Part shown: positions 48,659 to 57,276 of the stretch, in pieces | How positions within the stretch are numbered: position 1 is the stretch's first letter | Layout: each line of letters begins with the position of its first letter | From: a virus | Taxonomy: Duplodnaviria; Caudoviricetes | Strand: one strand, 5' to 3' | Length of the DNA stretch: 58,017 nucleotides | Virus record (IMG/VR): IMGVR_UViG_3300044993_000766 | Coordinates: 1 to 58,017 of that record | The notes under the pieces: model-generated | Seen by the model: only the letters and a program-made list of their open reading frames with translations | The model's database searches: none | What the model was told of the DNA's origin: nothing | Made by a program: the position numbers and the translations under genes

Positions 48659-50758
48659 TCAGATCGAAACGCCTGCCAATGCATCGACGATGCTGCCCTG
48701 GCGGCCATCGAGCGCCGGCATCGCCGTCGCGGGCGCGCTCGCGGGCATCGCACGGGCACCGACGCCTTCCGCGCCGGCCGCCGGATCGGGCGGCAGCGCG
48801 CCTAGCGCGTTCATCGGCGTCGCCTTGCCGAAAATCAGGTCCGGGTTGAAGCCTTGCAGCCCCACCCAGTCGCGCAGCAGGTTCACTAAACCTTCCCGCG
48901 GCAACAATCCGCCCTGCGCGAACGGCGTGATCGCTTGCAGCGTCTCCACGGTGCGCGCTTGGCGCATCTCGCGGGCCATGATTCCTTTCGCGCCGCGCGC
49001 GACGACCGTCGCGTCGGCCTTCAAGCTCGCATCGGGGTTCAGCAGCATGTTCAGCAGGTAGTACGCTTTGATCGTCGGTTCGATCAGATGCTTGTCGAGG
49101 TTGCCGATGGCCTGCTTGATGCCGCGTAGTGCGCTGTTGTAGAGCAGACTCAAGCCGCCCATCGTCGCCGCCGCACCCGTGGCCGGACTCGTGCCACCGT
49201 AGGCGTAGGCGGGGACGCCGCTGACCTCATCGGCGAGCCGCCAGTAGGCTTGCAGCACCGCATTCAATTCCGCCGCGACGCTCGGAATCTTCTCCATGTT
49301 GATCGCGCGGCCCTTCCCGGCGCCCTGGGTGTAGAACACGCGATACGGGCGGACGAGGTTCGGCGCGTCCTCGCTCTCGTCGAGCAGATCGAGGTTGATT
49401 TCGGCGATTGGACCGGAGGCGTAGGCCATGTTTTGCACCAGCCGACGCGCGGCCGAGTTCACTTGCCGCTGTACGTCGCGCAGAATCTGTCCCAGCCCCT
49501 CGCCCCAGAAGCTGCCGGGGAGTCGCGAGAACGACGCGACCTGATACGGCCGCTGGCCGGTCGGAATTGGGTTGAGCAGCGAACGCAGCACCAGATCGCC
49601 CAGCAGCCAGACGTTCGCCTCGTAATAGGCATCGGGATCGACGCTGCGCTCGCCGAACACGGCGCTCGGCGGCAAGCCTTCAAGCTGGCACCACTCCAGC
49701 AGCACCGCGCCCGGCACCCGGCCCCAGAAGTCCACCACGTCGTAAGTGCCGTCATGGCCCGTGGACGAGGCGTTTGATGCGCCCCAGGCGCCCGCGGTCG
49801 CCAGCCCTTCCAACTGCGCGCGTTCGTTGGCGATCGGGTCGCCGCAAACGTAGCCGCTGGGGTGCAGCGTCAACGCCGTGCGGATCGCACGCTCGGAGAA
49901 ATTCGGCAGGCCGATGCAGTCCGACAGCGCCTTGCCGGTCATCGGCATTCGCTCGCACAGGTAGCTGCCATCCTGCGGATGGGTCGCATCCGGGGCCGGA
50001 TACAGGTCGAAGGGCGAGACGCGCTCAACCCGGACCTTCGTGCGCGCAACGATCCGCAGCCGCTCGCCGTCCCACTGCGGCGCCTGCACCCGGCGCACGA
50101 TGGGCGACTTCAATACCGCACCCGGAAACACCGTCAAATCCTCGATCGCCGCGTCGAACGCCTCGCGCCAGCCGCCCTCTTCGAGCTGGTCGGCGATGTG
50201 CTTCTCCATCCGCGCGCACGCCTCGCGCGCGGTCTCCAGCACGAGGTCGGCGGCCACGTCTTCGAGTTGCTTGATCCGTGCCTGCACCTGATGCGGGGCG
50301 AGATACTGAAGTTCGACGCCGCTGCGCTGCAACTCCACTAGGAACGCCTGCCGCGCCGCCTGCTTGCCGGCGTCGGACAGTTCGGGGATCGGTGTCGGCT
50401 CCACCGTCCAGGGCTTGTCCTCGGCGTTCGCCAGCGTGTCGCGTATCCACGCCTGCGCCGCGCGCATCTTCATCGACGCCAGCGGCATGTAGACATCGAT
50501 CCCGTCCAGCGCACGCGCCAGTTCCGGGTCATACTCGTTGTGACGCATGCGCAGGCAGCGCATCATCGTCTCGTGGACGCTGGCGCCGTTACGCCAGACC
50601 ACAGCTTCCTTGTGCCGCTTGGCGCGCACGAAGGCGTCACGCACGAATGTCCCCAAGCGCGAGCGCAGGCCGACCGACTGTTCGACCTGATAGGCATGCG
50701 CCGCATGCTCCCGCCGCAGCAGGAGGTCGCCTGCGGCGTTGGAAGCGTCTGCGAACAT
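48659..50758 (-). CDS. Portal protein
   Basis: About 700 aa after TerL; ERVSPFDLYP, GSFWGEG, ADEVSGVPAY, ATMGGLSLL motifs of podoviral portals. Confidence 0.88.
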   Translation of the reverse strand: MFADASNAAGDLLLRREHAAHAYQVEQSVGLRSRLGTFVRDAFVRAKRHKEAVVWRNGASVHETMMRCLRMRHNEYDPELARALDGIDVYMPLASMKMRAAQAWIRDTLANAEDKPWTVEPTPIPELSDAGKQAARQAFLVELQRSGVELQYLAPHQVQARIKQLEDVAADLVLETAREACARMEKHIADQLEEGGWREAFDAAIEDLTVFPGAVLKSPIVRRVQAPQWDGERLRIVARTKVRVERVSPFDLYPAPDATHPQDGSYLCERMPMTGKALSDCIGLPNFSERAIRTALTLHPSGYVCGDPIANERAQLEGLATAGAWGASNASSTGHDGTYDVVDFWGRVPGAVLLEWCQLEGLPPSAVFGERSVDPDAYYEANVWLLGDLVLRSLLNPIPTGQRPYQVASFSRLPGSFWGEGLGQILRDVQRQVNSAARRLVQNMAYASGPIAEINLDLLDESEDAPNLVRPYRVFYTQGAGKGRAINMEKIPSVAAELNAVLQAYWRLADEVSGVPAYAYGGTSPATGAAATMGGLSLLYNSALRGIKQAIGNLDKHLIEPTIKAYYLLNMLLNPDASLKADATVVARGAKGIMAREMRQARTVETLQAITPFAQGGLLPREGLVNLLRDWVGLQGFNPDLIFGKATPMNALGALPPDPAAGAEGVGARAMPASAPATAMPALDGRQGSIVDALAGVSI

Positions 50759-50768
50759 CACGGGCGGT

Positions 50769-52229
50769 TCACCATGCGAAAGTCGAATCCGACGCCGACG
50801 CGCGGCGCACGCTGCCGGTTCCCTTCGGGAACACGGCGCCGATGTCGTAAATACGCGCCATGCTGTCGAGCATGTCGTCATGGACGCCGGCCGGGAAGGT
50901 CAGGTACTCCTCGTTGACGAATCGCTCCATCACGTCCACCGGCTTGCCGTCGTGCAGCGCCTTGGGCAGTGCGCGCGGCAACCACCAGCGACCGTTCTCG
51001 AAGTCCGGCTCCAACCGCTTGATCCGCGCCTCCTTGGACATCTGGCCGCCGACCTCAAAGACAGTGAAGCGGTAGTTCTCCGCCTCCATCGCCACCGTCA
51101 GGTGTTCGATATCCGCGTCCTTGCCGTATTTCTCGTACCCGACCTTGTGCGGCTTCCACTTGCGGTGCATGCGGATCGTCAACGCCGCGCGTTCGCGCAG
51201 ATTGAGCTTGTCGCGCACGGCGTCCAGCAGGTAATAGCGGCCATCGGTGTTCAATCCGACGACCACCGCCGCCGTGAAATCGGACTTCTTCGCCTTGCTG
51301 CCGGCCGGATCGACCAGCAGGTAGCGATTCATCGGCCGGGCGATGGTGATCGGGATGCTGTCGTACTCGCGCAGCCACGCGCGCTTGAAAAATCCGCCCG
51401 TGCCGGCGACCGGGCGCTGCATGTAGAGCGCCTCCCAGTCGCGGCTGCCGCTGGCGATGCGCTTGAGTTCCAGGGCGGCCTCGGAATACCGCTCCGGGCA
51501 CAGCGCCTGTCCCACTTCCCGCCCCAGCGCGTCGCCTTCCAGCGCCAGCGCCGGCAGGTTAATGACCTCCCAGTCCTCATGCGCGTGTTCGCGCAGCAGC
51601 CAGCCGGCCAGATCGTCTTCGTGCCAGCGCGTGTGCATCAGGATCAGCACCGCGTCTTCGGCAAGGCGCGAGTAGACGACCGACCGATACCAGTCCTTCA
51701 CCCGCTCGCGCACGACCTCCGAATCGGCCTCGGCACGCGACTTGAACGGGTCATCGACCACGAACAGCTTGGACGAGAAGCCTGTCCCGCCGCCCATGAC
51801 CGTCGTCCCGTAATACTGGCCGCCGGCCGTGGTCTGGAAGTCGGTTTTGGCGGTGCTGCTGCCGTCAAGCCGTGATGCGGGGAAGATCGCGCCGTGGATC
51901 GGCGAGCCGATCAGGTCGCGCACCGCCTTGCCGTTGCGCTCCACCAGATCGACGCCGTAGCTCGCCGCGATCACCGGCCAGTCGGGGTGCCGACCCATCA
52001 CCCAGGCGGGCAATTTGCAACTGACGAGCGCGCTCTTGCCATGCTGGGGCGGGGCAAAAATCATCACCCTGGCGCGTCCGCGCCGGATCGCCGCCTCTAA
52101 CCGCCTGCACAGGTACTTGTGCCACGCATAGGGGATGTACTTCGGATCGACCGCGCAGCAGTAGGCCAGCAGGTTGTCGCGCGCGGCCGTCAGCAGCGCC
52201 GCGATCTGCGTCTTATTCGCCGTCGCCAT
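50769..52229 (-). CDS. terL: Terminase large subunit
   Basis: PPQHGKS Walker A, VVDDP Walker B, TRWHEDDLAG, LVDPA and HDDMLD nuclease motifs. Confidence 0.95.
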   Translation of the reverse strand: MATANKTQIAALLTAARDNLLAYCCAVDPKYIPYAWHKYLCRRLEAAIRRGRARVMIFAPPQHGKSALVSCKLPAWVMGRHPDWPVIAASYGVDLVERNGKAVRDLIGSPIHGAIFPASRLDGSSTAKTDFQTTAGGQYYGTTVMGGGTGFSSKLFVVDDPFKSRAEADSEVVRERVKDWYRSVVYSRLAEDAVLILMHTRWHEDDLAGWLLREHAHEDWEVINLPALALEGDALGREVGQALCPERYSEAALELKRIASGSRDWEALYMQRPVAGTGGFFKRAWLREYDSIPITIARPMNRYLLVDPAGSKAKKSDFTAAVVVGLNTDGRYYLLDAVRDKLNLRERAALTIRMHRKWKPHKVGYEKYGKDADIEHLTVAMEAENYRFTVFEVGGQMSKEARIKRLEPDFENGRWWLPRALPKALHDGKPVDVMERFVNEEYLTFPAGVHDDMLDSMARIYDIGAVFPKGTGSVRRASASDSTFAW

Positions 52230-52764
52230 CGGGCGCCCCTGCCTCGGCGACGCCCTCCAGCACCGCCTGCGCGACTCGCTGCAACTGCTCCGGGGTCAGC
52301 GCCTGCGCCGCGTCGAACACACCGAGCGCACCGCCGACCTCGACCTTGCTGCGGTCGGCGTAGGTGGGGCTGAGTTTGGACGCACGCCAGCGGAGGTGTT
52401 GCGCCAGTTCGCGGGCCTTGCCGAGCGACAGCACGTCCGTCGCGGCCCGGATGCCGGCCTCCGCTTCCTCGTCCCAGACCCTGGCCGCCATCCCCGCCGC
52501 CTCGCGCGCGCGCGCGGAACGATTAGGTTCCGCCGCCAGCCACAGCGACAGCGCACCCTGGGTCTTGCCGTAATCCGCTGCGATGGCGGTGTAGGTCTCG
52601 CCTGCGGCGATGCGTTCGCACACGTCGTCCAAGTCCCAGTCCTGTCGCGCCTGCGTTGTCAGCGGCGCGGATGGCAGCGCGGCATCCACCGACGGCGAAC
52701 CCTTGCCGCGCTGCTTCGCAGGCGTGCGCTTGCGTTTGCCGCGCGGGTCTTGGCTGGCGTTCAC
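52213..52764 (-). CDS. terS: Terminase small subunit
   Basis: DVCERIAAGET..IA HTH and RWRASKLSP.YADR (Sf6 gp1-like); GTGA overlap start. Confidence 0.82.
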   Translation of the reverse strand: MNASQDPRGKRKRTPAKQRGKGSPSVDAALPSAPLTTQARQDWDLDDVCERIAAGETYTAIAADYGKTQGALSLWLAAEPNRSARAREAAGMAARVWDEEAEAGIRAATDVLSLGKARELAQHLRWRASKLSPTYADRSKVEVGGALGVFDAAQALTPEQLQRVAQAVLEGVAEAGAPDGDGE

Positions 52765-53066
52765 ACCAGCACCGACACCACCGTCGCCAACGCGCCCGCA
52801 GCCAGTGCGCCGACCACGGCGCCGCGCCAGAACAGGCACACGCCGCAGTCGGTCCACAGCCGTAGCGGCAGCCATGCCAGCACGCGCATCGCGAGGCTCA
52901 CGCGGGCGTCGTCGGCGAGGGCTGCGGCGGGCTCGGAAGCGGGCTCGGTATTGGGCTCGCCGGAGGCGGTAGCGTCGGCGGCGACAGTGGGGGCGGGAGG
53001 TTCGGACGCTGGATCGGTCGGCGGCAGGGGGTACAAGGCATGCGGTTCAGTCCTGGTCATGGCCAT
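52761..53066 (-). CDS. Small protein with Pro-rich N-terminus, CxxC and C-terminal TM helix
   Basis: First gene after the tRNA/terminator; DCGVCLFWRG followed by a hydrophobic helix. Confidence 0.55.
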   Translation of the reverse strand: MAMTRTEPHALYPLPPTDPASEPPAPTVAADATASGEPNTEPASEPAAALADDARVSLAMRVLAWLPLRLWTDCGVCLFWRGAVVGALAAGALATVVSVLV

Positions 53067-53097
53067 TCCTGGTGGGTGTGCCGCGCGCGGCGGACAC

Positions 53098-53121
53098 GAA
53101 AACGCCCGCGGTTGCGGGCGT
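53098..53121 (-). terminator. Intrinsic terminator just after the tRNA (tR'-like)
   Basis: ACGCCCGC-AACC-GCGGGCGTTTTC on the minus strand. Confidence 0.65.
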
Positions 53122-53130
53122 GGGGCGACA

Positions 53131-53203
53131 TGGTGGCGGGGACCGGAGTCGAACCGGCGTCTTGGGCAGATGAAGCCCGAGCGGGACCACTCCTCACCCC
53201 GCG
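53131..53203 (-). tRNA. Atypical initiator-like tRNA-Met (anticodon CAT)
   Basis: CGCGGGG...CCCCGCC-ACCA acceptor with unpaired first base, GCCGG-TTCGACT-CCGGT T-arm, GGGC-TTCATCT-GCCC anticodon arm, encoded CCA. Confidence 0.8.
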
Positions 53204-53284
53204 ATCGCGGCAGCAACTCCGCGTGTAATCAGAATCCGGTTTTTCTGCGGAGGCATCACCTCCGCACGCACACCGCGCTCGCGA

Positions 53285-54001
53285 TCACGCACGCGGCACG
53301 GGCGCGACCTCATCGCCGGTACGCAGGGCCGCCGCCAGTTCGCGCCGCGCTTGTGCCTCGGCATCGGAGAGCAGTCGCAGCAGCCATTCGTACATCGGTC
53401 GCCATGTCCGCCGATACGACGCCTCATCGCGATCAATCCGCGCCGCGCGCGCGCGGTCGGATACCGGCAACACGCCGCGCCCTTCGCAGGTTTCGCAAGT
53501 GATGCGCAACGCCTCCAGCATCATCTCGCCGGCACCGCCGCAGTCCGGGCACAGGTTCGGCCGTGCCAGTTCGTCCAACACGGCGCGCCGGATGACGACG
53601 TGCATCTCCGGGCGCCACGGCCACACTGCATCTTTTGCCAGAGCTGCTTTCGCACGTAAGCCCGCGATCCGAACGCGCACATCGGTCGAAACGCGGTTCG
53701 TGGCGAACGCCGCTTCCTCTGCGCAATGCAGTTCCAGTTGCGCGACCTCCAGCACCTGACGCCGCCGCGCAAACTCCGCGCGCTGGCGCTCGGCGATGGC
53801 TTCGTGCAACGCTTCGCGGCTCAGACGCGCACCCTCGGGCCACCATAGCGCGCACAGCACCTCACGGCCCAGCCCCGCCGGCACGAACGCCAGCGCCGCC
53901 GCTACATCCTGCGGGGTCAATTCGCATCCGCCGCCGTGGCCCATTTCCAGGCGGGACGTGGCGGGGTTGAGGCGCGCGAGCATTCTGCGCACATCGGTCA
54001 T
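53285..54001 (-). CDS. Lambda Q-like late antiterminator
   Basis: LTPQDVAAALA, CPDCGGAG/CETCEGRG zinc finger, SYRRTWRPMYEWL; lies before the late operon. Confidence 0.82.
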   Translation of the reverse strand: MTDVRRMLARLNPATSRLEMGHGGGCELTPQDVAAALAFVPAGLGREVLCALWWPEGARLSREALHEAIAERQRAEFARRRQVLEVAQLELHCAEEAAFATNRVSTDVRVRIAGLRAKAALAKDAVWPWRPEMHVVIRRAVLDELARPNLCPDCGGAGEMMLEALRITCETCEGRGVLPVSDRARAARIDRDEASYRRTWRPMYEWLLRLLSDAEAQARRELAAALRTGDEVAPVPRA

Positions 54002-54071
54002 GGTGCAATCTCCTGAAAAGTGTTCATGGTCCGCGCCGCAGCGGCGCGCGTATCGATCGCGCATAGGGTCG

Positions 54072-55544
54072 TCATCGCTGGTCCTCCTGCGAGTACATGC
54101 CCCAGCGCGCGCGGGTCTTGGTCGCGCGCGTCGGTCGGTGAGGGGTGGATGGGAGCATCGGTCTTGGTGGCTCGTCGCAATCGTCGATCCGGCCCACGTC
54201 TAGGCGGCTACGTCCCCAAACGCGCCCGGTGACGCCTTCGCGTTGTTTGGCAATGTTGAGTTCGATCAGGCCGGGATACTCGCTCTCGCGACCTTCCTGT
54301 TCAGCGTAGTAGTCGTCGCGGTAGACGAACACGATTGAATCGGCATCCTGCTCGATGCTGCCCGACTCGCGCAGATCCCGCATAACCGGGCGCTTGTTCG
54401 GACGCGCCTCGACACCGCGATTCAACTGCGAGAGTGCGATCACAGGACAGCCGAGTTCTTTACCGAGGGCTTTAAGGTCGCGCGTGTTCGCACCGATCTC
54501 GACCGTCTCACGGGTCTTGCCCGGCAACGGCATCAGGTGCATGTGATCGACGACAATCAAGTCCACGGGCTGGTGGAGATGTTCGCGACGCGCGCGCACC
54601 ACAATCTGCTCGCACGTCAACGACGGCGTATCGTCGATCAACAAGCTAGCGCCGCGCATGCGCCGCACGCCCTCGGCCACGCGCGCCCAGTACGTTTCGC
54701 TCTCGGCGGTGTCGTCGGCCGGGTGCCGTAGCCACTGCAAGGGCACGTCCATGATCGACGCGATGCATCGGTTGAAGATGCTGACATCGGTCATTTCGAG
54801 GTTGAAGAACAACACGCGCTTACCGCTCAACGCATTCGCGGTGGCGATGTTGATCGCGACCGCACTCTTGCCCATGCCCGGCCTACCGGCCAGAACGATC
54901 AGATCGCCCGGCATCAGGCCGCCAGTGATCGCATTGAACTTCGCCCAGGGTGTCGCGAGGCCACAGAGTCCGCCCTTCTGGTCATAGCGGCGCTGTAAGT
55001 CTGCGAACCAACGCTGGGCGACCTCTGTCATCGTCTTCACACCACCCGCGCGCGGATGGCCCGCCAAGCGCGCGATGGCGTGCTGAGCCTCGGCTATCAG
55101 ATCGCGCGTGTCCCGGCCCTCGGGCTGAAAGCCAGCGTTGACGATGATCGAACCCAAGTCGATCAACTGCCGCAGTTTCGCCTTGTCTACGACGATTTCG
55201 GCATAGGCGGTGATGTTGGCCGCCGATGGCGTGGTGCTGGCCAATTCGACGAGATAGGCGCCGCCGGCTACCTGCTCGGACAAGCCCTGCGCCTCGAACC
55301 ACTCACCGAGGGTCACGGCATCGTAGGGGCATGACTTCGCGGCAAGTTCGCAAACGGCGCGGTAGATCAACTGGTGATCGCGCCGATAGAAATCCTCGGA
55401 CTTGATCCAGTCCGCGATCCGCGTCAGCGCATCCGGCGCGAGCATCAACCCACCCAGGACCGCCTGCTCAGCCTCGATCGATTGCGGCGGCACGCGCCAC
55501 TGCTCCTGGCGGCTGTCGTTGTGGGCACGCGACCGGGCGTTCAC
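54072..55544 (-). CDS. dnaB: Replicative DnaB helicase
   Basis: PPQSIEAEQAVLG, GRPGMGKS, VVDHMHL, LSQLNRGVE, DLRESGSIEQDAD. Confidence 0.97.
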   Translation of the reverse strand: MNARSRAHNDSRQEQWRVPPQSIEAEQAVLGGLMLAPDALTRIADWIKSEDFYRRDHQLIYRAVCELAAKSCPYDAVTLGEWFEAQGLSEQVAGGAYLVELASTTPSAANITAYAEIVVDKAKLRQLIDLGSIIVNAGFQPEGRDTRDLIAEAQHAIARLAGHPRAGGVKTMTEVAQRWFADLQRRYDQKGGLCGLATPWAKFNAITGGLMPGDLIVLAGRPGMGKSAVAINIATANALSGKRVLFFNLEMTDVSIFNRCIASIMDVPLQWLRHPADDTAESETYWARVAEGVRRMRGASLLIDDTPSLTCEQIVVRARREHLHQPVDLIVVDHMHLMPLPGKTRETVEIGANTRDLKALGKELGCPVIALSQLNRGVEARPNKRPVMRDLRESGSIEQDADSIVFVYRDDYYAEQEGRESEYPGLIELNIAKQREGVTGRVWGRSRLDVGRIDDCDEPPRPMLPSTPHRPTRATKTRARWGMYSQEDQR

Positions 55545-56629
55545 TCGCCACGCTCCATGCGATCCATTGCCGCTTCAAAAATCTTCGTCACCACATCCGC
55601 GCGCAGCAGGTAGTCGAAAGTCGGCCGCCAATTCTCGTGCGGCGATCGGTACGGCCCAGTGCCGTTGTTGAACGGATCGTCCTGGCACTCGTCGAAATAC
55701 GCCTGCCAGAACTTCACGCTGCGTCGCTGTGCCGACGCCTGCCATGCCGAGCGGATCAGTGCGCGACGCTTGGGCGACAGCTCCCGCGCCTTCGCCAATC
55801 CCGTCATCGTGGCGTTGTAGGCATCCACGATGGCTTGGTAAGGAATCCGGTCAGCCGAAGGCGACGCTACGCTTTGCTGACCATTAGCGGGGGCGGAGGG
55901 GGCGGCGCCGTCAGGCGACGCACTCCCCTGCTCTTGATTTTCTTCTACCTCTACTTCTGCCTCTGCCTCTTTCGTAGTGCGACCCGTCGCTACGCCGTCG
56001 CTACCCGTAGCGACCGGTCGTCGGTTTGTGGCCCCCGGTGTCTGCTGACCTGGGCGTCCAAGGACGGCGATCAGACAGTCGAGTGCCGGCGACCTTCGGA
56101 ACCATTCGCCTTTGGCACGCTCAGCGGCGAATTCGCAATGGCGTTTCTGTTTGTCGTGTCCGGTGCCTTTCTCGACCGCCAACAATTCGATGTCTGGGTG
56201 CGTGTCCCGTAGATCGGAGCACCGCGACCACGGATTCTTGCTGAACCCGATCTTCACCGTCTCCGAGCGCGGCTCGCCGATGTAATAGACGTAGCCTTCG
56301 GCATCCAACCCAGCGTTGCCACTATCGCTGTCTCCCGCACGGTAGGCGCGATAGTTGATGATCTGCCAGCCGCCGCTGACCTTGCGCAAACGGCGTCCTT
56401 CGTCGTTTTCCGAACGCGAATCGGGGTCGGGCGACTCCAACAAGGTCAGAATCTCGCGAATGCGATCGACCGATTTCATGCAATTCATCGCGAGCGCCGG
56501 AGCGGCGACACGCACCACACCATCGGCATCGGCCTGGGACAGCATCCAGATCCAGACGCGCAACACGTCATCCGGCTGCACCCAGAGCGTGCTGTTGACG
56601 ATGCCGCTGTCCAGCTTGGCGAAACTCAT
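55541..56629 (-). CDS. Phage replication initiator with internal GIY-YIG/MUG113-like domain
   Basis: N-terminal wHTH-like region ending GGWQIINY..YR; YVYYIG..VKIGFSKNP..R..GEWF insert; EAEAEVE linker; C-terminal WRPTFDYLL; upstream of dnaB. Confidence 0.78.
   Translation of the reverse strand: MSFAKLDSGIVNSTLWVQPDDVLRVWIWMLSQADADGVVRVAAPALAMNCMKSVDRIREILTLLESPDPDSRSENDEGRRLRKVSGGWQIINYRAYRAGDSDSGNAGLDAEGYVYYIGEPRSETVKIGFSKNPWSRCSDLRDTHPDIELLAVEKGTGHDKQKRHCEFAAERAKGEWFRRSPALDCLIAVLGRPGQQTPGATNRRPVATGSDGVATGRTTKEAEAEVEVEENQEQGSASPDGAAPSAPANGQQSVASPSADRIPYQAIVDAYNATMTGLAKARELSPKRRALIRSAWQASAQRRSVKFWQAYFDECQDDPFNNGTGPYRSPHENWRPTFDYLLRADVVTKIFEAAMDRMERGE
55985..56015. repeat. Candidate origin iterons within the initiator gene
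   Basis: CGTCGCTAC twice in direct orientation plus inverted GTAGCGAC, next to a pyrimidine tract (55930-55972). Confidence 0.45.
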
Positions 56630-56732
56630 CCCACGCGCTCCATCCGAACCAAGAGGCCAGCGGATTCGATCCGTTGGCGCCACGCAGCCGGTGCGGTCAT
56701 GCGAACGAGCGAGGGCAGGACGCGACTGCGCA

Positions 56733-57197
56733 TTACACCCCCTCCACCAGCGAAGGTGCCGCATACAAGGTCGCCGGCTTGCGCGCGCCCGGCCGCTTCA
56801 CTCGCATCGCGATCAGTTCGCCGCGTCGGATCGCATCGCGTAGCAGGCGTTCCAGCGCGCATGCGCTCGGCGGATCACCCAAGCCCTCTTGGCGCGCCCA
56901 GTTCAGAAACGCCTCTGCCGACCACGGTGTCGTTCGGCTCGATGCGAAACGGTGCAGCAGATCGTCCGCGCGATCGGTCCAGTCCGGGCCGTCGAAGAAC
57001 ACCAGCGCCTCCTTGCGCAACGCTCCACCGGTCGCCGCCTCGATCTGGCGCGCGCGCTGGGGCGTGATCGCAATCGCACCCCGCTCCCAATGCGACACCA
57101 GCCCCTGGGTACAGGGGCAGCCGGCATCGGCGAGTAGCGTGGCGAATTGGGCTTGGGTCAGACCCAGGGCACGGCGGTAGTCGGCAAGGCTTTTCAT
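56733..57197 (-). CDS. cro: Cro-like repressor with C-terminal extension
   Basis: LTQAQFATLL...TQGLVSHWERG HTH and IEAATGG; divergent from cI. Confidence 0.85.
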   Translation of the reverse strand: MKSLADYRRALGLTQAQFATLLADAGCPCTQGLVSHWERGAIAITPQRARQIEAATGGALRKEALVFFDGPDWTDRADDLLHRFASSRTTPWSAEAFLNWARQEGLGDPPSACALERLLRDAIRRGELIAMRVKRPGARKPATLYAAPSLVEGV

Positions 57198-57276
57198 GCC
57201 GATAGATTACGCGCCATATTTACTAGGTCAATACTTGTATTGACTTAATATCGCGTCATGTATTAGGATCGCTCAT
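57198..57276. promoter_or_regulatory. Lysis/lysogeny switch with back-to-back promoters and operators
   Basis: Palindrome GTCAATAC-TT-GTATTGAC (57227-57244) gives TTGACT..18..TAGGAT (+) and TTGACC..16..TAATCT (-). Confidence 0.8.

Noticed and set aside
53247-53267. Hairpin TGCGGAGG-CATCA-CCTCCGCA after Q as a terminator
   Set aside because: No U-tract follows it on either strand; role unclear
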